DNA of 44,634 nucleotides from Acidobacteriota bacterium (GTDB lineage Bacteria; Acidobacteriota; Thermoanaerobaculia; Gp7-AA8): NCBI GenBank assembly GCA_019242175.1, contig JAFAVZ010000238.1, positions 1 to 44,634 of the forward strand, read 5' to 3'. Shown piece by piece: positions 39,145 to 44,634 of this stretch (position 1 is its first letter; each line of letters starts with the position of its first letter). The notes under the pieces were generated by a model. It saw only the letters and a program-made list of their open reading frames with translations, ran no database searches and was not told where the DNA came from. The position numbers and the translations under genes were made by a program.

Positions 39145-39193
39145 CGACGTCGTCAAGGGCCGTGTCTACGCACTTGAACCCTTGACGACGTCG
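39145..39193. repeat. Perfect 15-bp inverted repeat (CGACGTCGTCAAGGG / CCCTTGACGACGTCG) with a 19-nt loop
   Basis: Read directly: left arm 39145-39159, right arm 39179-39193. No U/T tract follows it. Confidence 0.8.
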
Positions 39194-39732
39194 ACGCCCG
39201 ACGCGGAGCGGAAGAATGCGCCGACGACCGACGGAGGCCGCCGCTGCCTCGGACCTCCGGAGTCATCCCTTCGCGGATCATCACGGACCATTGCGGATCG
39301 ATCGCAGATCGGATCGCGGATCGGGCGAGCTGGCGCACTGCATCGATCGAATCGGCGGCTATTGCAGGACACCGCAGGACAGGAATGCTCACGGCGAGGG
39401 GAAAGAAGTGTGGCAGCCGGCGGCGGGTTAAGAACGCGCACAAAGTTCCCGCTTCGGCACAACTCAAAATGCCGACGACTGCCGGCGAGCAATTAGCGAG
39501 GCACCGAAGACGCGGCAATGAAGTGAAAAAGAAGTCAGCCGCGGTGGCATGCGATGTTCGGCAGGGCGCGCCGACCGCATCGCTGTGAGAGGAGCAACAA
39601 GGGCCGCAGGGAGCGGCAGCGAGCGTCCCGTGGCAGCCGGCACGCGCGACGAGCACGTTAGCGGTGAGTGACGAGGCATCCAAGGCACTGAAAAAAGTCA
39701 GTCGTTGCCGCGGTATGGAAATGCCGCGCCGG

Positions 39733-39751
39733 ATCACACCGAGTGTGTGAT
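39733..39751. promoter_or_regulatory. Palindromic candidate operator ATCACAC-N5-GTGTGAT about 100 nt upstream of the sigma-like ORF
   Basis: Read directly from the sequence: 7-bp perfect arms with a 5-nt spacer. The function is inferred only. Confidence 0.3.
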
Positions 39752-39852
39752 GGAACTACGCGGTTCCGGCAGGGCCGAAGCCATGAAGGCCGGTCGCTAT
39801 ACTCCGGCGATGGATACATCGAGAGAGAGTACCGGGGAAGCGTCCAAGCCGG

Positions 39853-40185
39853 TTGAGGACGCGATCACGAAAGCCTAACGAAGAGCTGGCGGCGCGGCTC
39901 CGCGTAATCAGCCAGACGAAGTTCCACATACCCGAAGAGGACGCCGAGCAGGTGGTGAATGCCGTGTTCGACGCGTACCTGCGGCGCCGGGCGACGGTGC
40001 ACGACTTGGAGCGATATGTGGTCGCCTCTGTGTGCAACGCCTCGCGCGACTACTGGCGGGCCAAGAAGGGAACCGAAGAGGTACCGATCGAGGCGGAGTA
40101 CGTGGCGCCGGCGACGGCGGACGCGGAAGAGCGTCTTGTGCGCAGCATGACGATCGCGGTGCAGCTCACCCGCCTGGGGCGATGA
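39853..40185 (+). pseudogene. ECF (sigma-70 family) sigma-factor remnant: region 2 present, region 4 missing or disrupted
   Basis: IPEEDAEQVVNAVFDAYLRRRATVHDLERYVVASVCNASRDYWRAKK matches the sigma2 pattern (DAEDvvQ.vF......f......yl..ia.N...D..R). The ORF is only 110 aa, starts at TTG, and stops at TGA 40183-40185 right after a GGGG run (40176-40179). The +1 frame continues as GDECCEALYLYHLGG and then runs into the rhs-derived fragment. Confidence 0.5.
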
Positions 40186-40222
40186 GTGCTGCGAGGCGCT
40201 GTACCTGTATCACCTCGGCGGT

Positions 40223-40343
40223 GCCGCCGGCCGAGTGACGGACGTTTACCACCCAATACCGCCTAACGCGGATCCGAGCACGACCCCGGCGCAAGGTGGT
40301 ACGCACCTCTAGCATCGCTACTACGACGAGGCGGGCCGCTTAC
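40223..40343 (+). pseudogene. Degenerate fragment of an rhs YD-repeat segment, paralogous to 35203-35325 of the giant RHS gene, with an in-frame TAG
   Basis: Nucleotide blocks: gccgccggccgAgtgacggac (40223-40243) versus 35203-35223 gives 20/21; ccgagcacgaccccggc (40274-40290) versus 35257-35273 gives 17/17; ctacgacgaGgcgggCcgCt versus 35304-35323. Translation is AAGRVTDVYHPIPPNADPSTTPAQGGTHL*HRYYDEAGRL against AAGRVTDIYEDATPRSANPSTTPAEGTTRVLHYDYDEAGRL. The TAG is at 40310-40312. Confidence 0.65.
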
Positions 40344-40403
40344 GCCTGCCGATCGCGTGACTGATGAGTCTCGAGTGGCGAAACCCACCTCTGCGCGCGC
40401 GGC

Positions 40404-42569
40404 GTGTCTTTCTCAGAGATGCTTCGGCGGCGATCGCGATTCCGGCTGTTTCTGGGGGCATGCATGTGCGCCGGACTTGCGAGAGGAGCCGCCGCGCAGA
40501 CGAAGGCGGCGGCCGCGGACGTCGTCGTCATCGTCGACACTTCCGTCTCCATGCGGGATCCGGGGATGGATCCGGCGCGTACATCGCTCCTCGTCACGCG
40601 GCTTTTCGCGGACATTGTTCCGGGCGATCTCGCTGTCGTGCGGCTTCTTGGAATCGATGACGATGCGGACGTCATCCCGAGTATGCCGACCGGCGACTCC
40701 ATCCCGTGCGGAGAAGACCCGACCAAGACCTGTCGAAGGGTCGAGCAGGCGAGCGATTGGGAAGCGGACGCGCGGGCGAAAAAGCTCGGCGCATTGATCC
40801 GACCCAGCCGAGGCGACGCCGCCTATAAACAACAACTCCCTGCGCATCTCGAGCAGCGCATCCGCAACAGCATGTTCTATCTCGCCTTTCGCACGGCGCA
40901 GGGCATTTTCGAAAGCCACGGCGAGACGTCGGTGCCGCGCACCGTGATCTGGCTTTCCGACGGCAGGTCGGACGGGCCGGAGGTCGTGAAGAAGGAAGTG
41001 CAGGAGTTGACGGCGGGAGGCGTCGCCGTAGAGGCGATGGTCTTCGGCCGCGGCGACACGCAGCTCGCGACGGAATCGGGTCTCACGCCGCGGCGCGTTT
41101 CTACGCCCGCCGAAACGATGAAAGCGTTCGCCGGCGCATTTCGGCGCATCGTCCAGGCGCCGTACGAGATCGACAACCTCGTCGCCGCGCAACCTGCTTT
41201 CGACATCAAGCCGAATGTCGACGAAGCCTGGATCGTCGTTTACGGAGATGACACCTTGGGCGACGTTTCTCTCGATGGTCCGGGAGGCAGCGTGCCGGCG
41301 AACTACGCCGTCGATCAGTGGCCGGGCGCTGGCGCTTACAAGGTTGCGTATCTTCAGCGCCCGACCACGGGACGCTGGACCGTACATGCCGCCGGCGGAG
41401 GATCGGGCGTCGCGTATGCGGTCGTACAGCGCTCGGCTCTCACGCCGATGCTGCTCGAGCCGAAGGTCACCATCGCCGGCGCACGATCGAGACTCGTTGC
41501 GGCGATCAACGCCGGGCGGGATGGGGAACCGATCACCGATCCCGAGCTCTTGCGCGACGTCGCCGTCACGGCGGAGTTCCAGGGACAGACAATCACTCTG
41601 CTCGACAACGGCGCGCATCCAGACGCGGCGACGAACGACGGCAGGTTCAGCGCCCTGGGTACGTTCACCGGATCGGGCAGCGTACCGGTGCGCCTCCGCG
41701 TGCGCAGCCCCATGGTCGACCGCACGGTCCTCGCCGTCGTTCAGGTCTCAGGCCGCTTTCACTATGAAGGCGGCCCGATCGAGGTGGATCTGGGCGTGCT
41801 CGGTGTCGAGACGGAGGTCTGCCGGCCGCTCGCATTGCGCGCCGAGCACGAAGGGGAAGTTCCCTTCGAGCTCAAAGAGCTGCTTGCAACGCCGTCCGGC
41901 CACACGCTCACGATGCGTCTGCCGAGCGGCAAGCTCGTGCCGGGCAGGGATGCGCGCGTCGCGAAAAAGGGGGATCGCTTCGAGGTCTGTCTCGCGACCA
42001 CGCGCCTCGCACCATCCTCCAAAGCAAACGGGGAAACATGGCTCGAGCTAAGGGTCGCAGGCAGCGACGCTGCGGATCACAAGATTCCGATCCGCCTCCG
42101 CTGGCAGGTACACGGTCTCTCCTTCTGGCAACGTTGGGGTTGGCTGATTCTTCTCATCCTCGGCCTTTTGCTTCTTGCTTTCGTGGTTGCCGGCTTCCTT
42201 CTCCCGACGCGATTTCACGGCACCCTCGCCATCGTCTTCGTTCCTGAGCGCTACGAGCTCGAGGACCAGACGCCCCAGCCCGTGCTGCAATGGAAAGGGG
42301 TAGGCATCGGCTTTTATCGCGACGCGCGCGCGTACCTTCACGCGGACTACAGGGTGTCTGGAAAAGCGCAAGGTGCATTGGCCTCGCTGCACGCGGAGAA
42401 AGGCGGCGCGCGCGTGATGCCGGGCCGGGGACTCTCTCTCTATCGCGAGACGCTCGAAGGCGACTGGGAAGGTATTCCGGCGATTGGCAGCCGCGCTCGT
42501 GGCGGCGACGTCTATCGCATCGGCGATCGCGGCCCCTACTTCCGCATTGCCACTCGAGGCCGGTCATGA
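40404..42569 (+). CDS. Membrane-anchored von Willebrand factor A (vWA) domain protein: signal peptide, vWA, beta-rich region, one TM helix, ~135-aa C-terminal tail
   Basis: The start is GTG 40404 or, more plausibly, the in-frame ATG 40419 (MLRRRSRFRLFLGACMCAGLARGAAAQ signal). MIDAS DTSVS is at 40536-40550, with VIWLSDGRSDG downstream. The TM helix WGWLILLILGLLLLAFVVAGFLL is at about 42135-42205. Stop TGA is at 42567-42569. Confidence 0.85.
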   Translation: MSFSEMLRRRSRFRLFLGACMCAGLARGAAAQTKAAAADVVVIVDTSVSMRDPGMDPARTSLLVTRLFADIVPGDLAVVRLLGIDDDADVIPSMPTGDSIPCGEDPTKTCRRVEQASDWEADARAKKLGALIRPSRGDAAYKQQLPAHLEQRIRNSMFYLAFRTAQGIFESHGETSVPRTVIWLSDGRSDGPEVVKKEVQELTAGGVAVEAMVFGRGDTQLATESGLTPRRVSTPAETMKAFAGAFRRIVQAPYEIDNLVAAQPAFDIKPNVDEAWIVVYGDDTLGDVSLDGPGGSVPANYAVDQWPGAGAYKVAYLQRPTTGRWTVHAAGGGSGVAYAVVQRSALTPMLLEPKVTIAGARSRLVAAINAGRDGEPITDPELLRDVAVTAEFQGQTITLLDNGAHPDAATNDGRFSALGTFTGSGSVPVRLRVRSPMVDRTVLAVVQVSGRFHYEGGPIEVDLGVLGVETEVCRPLALRAEHEGEVPFELKELLATPSGHTLTMRLPSGKLVPGRDARVAKKGDRFEVCLATTRLAPSSKANGETWLELRVAGSDAADHKIPIRLRWQVHGLSFWQRWGWLILLILGLLLLAFVVAGFLLPTRFHGTLAIVFVPERYELEDQTPQPVLQWKGVGIGFYRDARAYLHADYRVSGKAQGALASLHAEKGGARVMPGRGLSLYRETLEGDWEGIPAIGSRARGGDVYRIGDRGPYFRIATRGRS

Positions 42570-44634
42570 GGCGCGTATTCGGAGTAGGGATCACGTTGTT
42601 CGCGCTCGCCTGGCCAGCGATGGCCTCGCGCGACATCCGCGTCGTCCTCGACCTCTCACAGTCGATGGAAAAAAACGACCGCAACCAACTCGCGTTGCTG
42701 TCCACCACGTTGCTTCATGACCTTGCGAAACCGAATCCGAGCATGGGCGACAGTTTCGTTGTCCTCCCATTTGACAAGGATTGGCGTTGGCCGAAAGCGG
42801 ACGCTGCACCGCCGATCAGTCGCCGGACACGCATCGAGGCACAGACTGGTAAACGCGATGCCTTCGTGAAGGCGATTCAGGCCCTGCCCTACGACGCGCA
42901 GATGACCTACTTCTATCCGGGGATCGCAGCCGCCTTGCAGGATCTCGAGCAGCGGCCAGCGCAGGCAGAACGGACGATCGTCCTCATCACGGACGGTGTG
43001 CCGGAGAAGGACACGCGCGACGAGGAGCTGCGGCGCATTCGCCAACAGCTCGGGCCACGTCTCGAACAGCGCGGCATCCGGCTCTATGTACTCGCCTTCG
43101 GTAGCGAGGCGAGTGGCAACCGTTCGTTTTTCGACGAGATGGTTCGTTCGCCGAAGGGTACGTCTGTGGGCGATGTTTTCCTCGATCCGAACGGCACGCA
43201 GCTGCTTTCCTACATGCTCCAGATCTTCGAGCGGAGCTTCGGCTTCACGCCCGATACCGCGCGTCCTTTGCCTGGAGTGACGACACTCGATCTGCAGCGC
43301 AACGAAAAGCCCGAGCATGTCGCGGTGGTCGTGATGGTCCCGCGCGCGCAGCCGCCGACACTGCGCATGCGATCGCCGTCTGGTGCTCCGGTCAGCGCGC
43401 CGGAAGGCGTGCAGAGCGCGTCCGCCAAGAACGACAGCTATTCGGTGACGTGGGTCGTTCGTCCCGAGGCGGGGAACCACGCGTTCGATTCCGACGCGAA
43501 CGCCGGCACCGTTGCCGTCCTCCGACCGACCGCCGTCACGATCGAGGTGCGTCCCGCGCCGCCGCTCGACCAGACCGAGCGAACGCTCGCCGCGACGCCG
43601 TTTCCGTTGCGAGTGCTCGTTCGCTCCTCCATCGGTAAGGGCGATCCTGGGCCGGTTGCCCTGACGTTTCGTACCTTCGGCGATCGCACGCCGACCGGAT
43701 ATGCATGGCAAAGTGATCCTTCGGGACCCGCGCCAGGTGCGTTTCGCGTGACGGACGAAGGGCGCGAATATGACATCACGGCCGAATTCCGTGTCCATCC
43801 TGAATTGCCCGATGCGCCGTATGTCGGATATCTGGAAGTCGAGGCGAGGCGTGCGGAAGCCGTGGTCGGAGCACTCGCCGGACAACACGCGCATCGTGTC
43901 GAAGTCCATCCTTTGCTTGCCCTGTCGCCGTTCCCCGACCGCGCGCAAACGGGTCATGCGCTCGCTTGGCGCGAGGAGACGTGCACTTCCTTCGGGTTTC
44001 ATCTCGATGCTGGACAGCTTCCACATCCGGATCGTTCGAGCTATCCCATTCGCGCCGTCCTTACCGCGCCCGATCCGAGTGTGCTCGATCGAGAGCTGCG
44101 GCAGGCGACGTTTCGGCTGGACGGCCTGCCGCTCGAAATCGAAGGAAAGCCGGGTCCCGATCCGGGCGCCTGGTACAAGAGCCGGTCGCTGAGCGGCACC
44201 GACTTGCTCGCACAGCACGAGCTGTGTATGCGCATTGGCCGGCCGGTGGGAGGTGATCCGTCGACGCCTCCGCAGCTGACGCTCGTCACGACGCTGCTCG
44301 AAAATCCCTATGACGACTTCCACGTCATCCGGCCGTTCCAGCTGGAGATCCTCGTCGCACCGCCGACGCTTTTGAAGCGTTGGGCGCTCGCTCTTTTTTC
44401 CGCGTTTTCGGCGCTCTCCATTTTCGCGATCATTTGGTATCTGCGCGATCGGCCGGTGCTGCCGGCCGATCTCGGTTACGCCATTGCGCGCGAAGACTCA
44501 ACTGGACCACTTGCATCGAGACCGTTCGACGAGCCGTCTGCGGCCGCCGGAATTCTCGGGAGAGTCGCGGAAAGGAAAGTCATCGCGCCGGGAGAAGACC
44601 GGGTGTTGGGACGCGTTCGCGCGGTCGATGAAGA
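42566..44634 (+). CDS. Second membrane-anchored vWA domain protein, 3'-partial (689 codons in view); not in the supplied ORF track because no stop occurs before the window end
   Basis: ATG 42566 overlaps the upstream stop (ATGA). I translated the frame by hand to nt 44634 without meeting a stop. The signal reads MRRVFGVGITLFALAWPAMA/SR. MIDAS DLSQS is at 42650-42664, followed by IVLITDGVPE. The TM helix WALALFSAFSALSIFAIIWYL is at about 44380-44440. The architecture parallels the preceding gene. Confidence 0.8.
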   Translation, partial: MRRVFGVGITLFALAWPAMASRDIRVVLDLSQSMEKNDRNQLALLSTTLLHDLAKPNPSMGDSFVVLPFDKDWRWPKADAAPPISRRTRIEAQTGKRDAFVKAIQALPYDAQMTYFYPGIAAALQDLEQRPAQAERTIVLITDGVPEKDTRDEELRRIRQQLGPRLEQRGIRLYVLAFGSEASGNRSFFDEMVRSPKGTSVGDVFLDPNGTQLLSYMLQIFERSFGFTPDTARPLPGVTTLDLQRNEKPEHVAVVVMVPRAQPPTLRMRSPSGAPVSAPEGVQSASAKNDSYSVTWVVRPEAGNHAFDSDANAGTVAVLRPTAVTIEVRPAPPLDQTERTLAATPFPLRVLVRSSIGKGDPGPVALTFRTFGDRTPTGYAWQSDPSGPAPGAFRVTDEGREYDITAEFRVHPELPDAPYVGYLEVEARRAEAVVGALAGQHAHRVEVHPLLALSPFPDRAQTGHALAWREETCTSFGFHLDAGQLPHPDRSSYPIRAVLTAPDPSVLDRELRQATFRLDGLPLEIEGKPGPDPGAWYKSRSLSGTDLLAQHELCMRIGRPVGGDPSTPPQLTLVTTLLENPYDDFHVIRPFQLEILVAPPTLLKRWALALFSAFSALSIFAIIWYLRDRPVLPADLGYAIAREDSTGPLASRPFDEPSAAAGILGRVAERKVIAPGEDRVLGRVRAVDE

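Noticed and set aside
38516-39737. ORFs in the 1.3-kb gap (38516-38890, 38649-38951, 38969-39496, 39153-39737 minus, and others)
   Set aside because: Their composition is dominated by R/A/P/S/C. They overlap one another in several frames, show no motif, and do not show the GC3-biased codon choice of neighbouring genes. I treat them as non-coding, but an sRNA or a decayed gene is not excluded.
38529-40403. tRNA, tmRNA, RNase P, group II intron or riboswitch in the intergenic regions
   Set aside because: I found no GTTCGAATC-type T-loop, cloverleaf, intron domain V consensus or riboswitch core by eye. This cannot be excluded without covariance-model searches.
42656-44323. 555-aa minus-strand ORF opposite the second vWA gene (and 40413-41618 minus, opposite the first)
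   Set aside because: The + strand frame has a signal peptide, a DxSxS MIDAS motif, a TM helix, an ATGA coupling to the upstream gene and an architecture paralogous to it. The minus-strand products are Arg-rich with no recognisable features.

Overview
This is a high-GC bacterial window (hand-sampled coding lines are 65-70% G+C), and every supportable gene lies on the + strand. About 86% of it (nt 1-38528) is one tightly coupled operon with four genes. (i) A 5'-truncated giant repeat protein (>4,925 aa in view) is built from Ig-like domains, two Gly-rich beta-helix modules and eight LVIVD-type beta-propeller/Ig-like supermodules. (ii) A 286-aa secreted protein has a start and stop that overlap both giant genes (ATGA and GTGATGA junctions). 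(iii) A 7,550-aa RHS/YD-repeat polymorphic toxin carries a Sec signal peptide and about 5,470 aa ahead of the RHS shell. That region holds a lectin-like head, 19 tandem HYR-like Ig repeats, mixed Ig / SbsA-Ig / carboxypeptidase-regulatory-like domains, more than 1,000 aa of unassignable sequence, and a Cys-pair-rich propeller-like segment. The shell ends in a PxxxxDPxGL cleavage motif followed by a 288-aa lower-GC tip (a glycine-zipper segment plus an unassigned domain). (iv) A 79-aa putative immunity gene starts 2 nt downstream. After the operon comes a 1.3-kb apparently non-coding gap with strong inverted repeats. Next is a truncated, probably frameshifted ECF-sigma-like ORF abutting a ~120-bp degenerate copy of an internal rhs segment that carries an in-frame TAG. 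The window ends with two overlapping paralogous membrane-anchored vWA (MIDAS DxSxS) proteins. The second of these (42566 to window end) is missing from the ORF track because it has no stop in the window. I saw no tRNA/rRNA, CRISPR array, transposase/integrase, or recognisable T6SS/T5SS/T1SS component. The very long antisense and off-frame ORFs are high-GC artefacts. The best candidate for novelty is the giant two-protein RHS operon with its unclassifiable toxin/immunity tip. All domain boundaries are by-eye estimates (about +/-30 nt).
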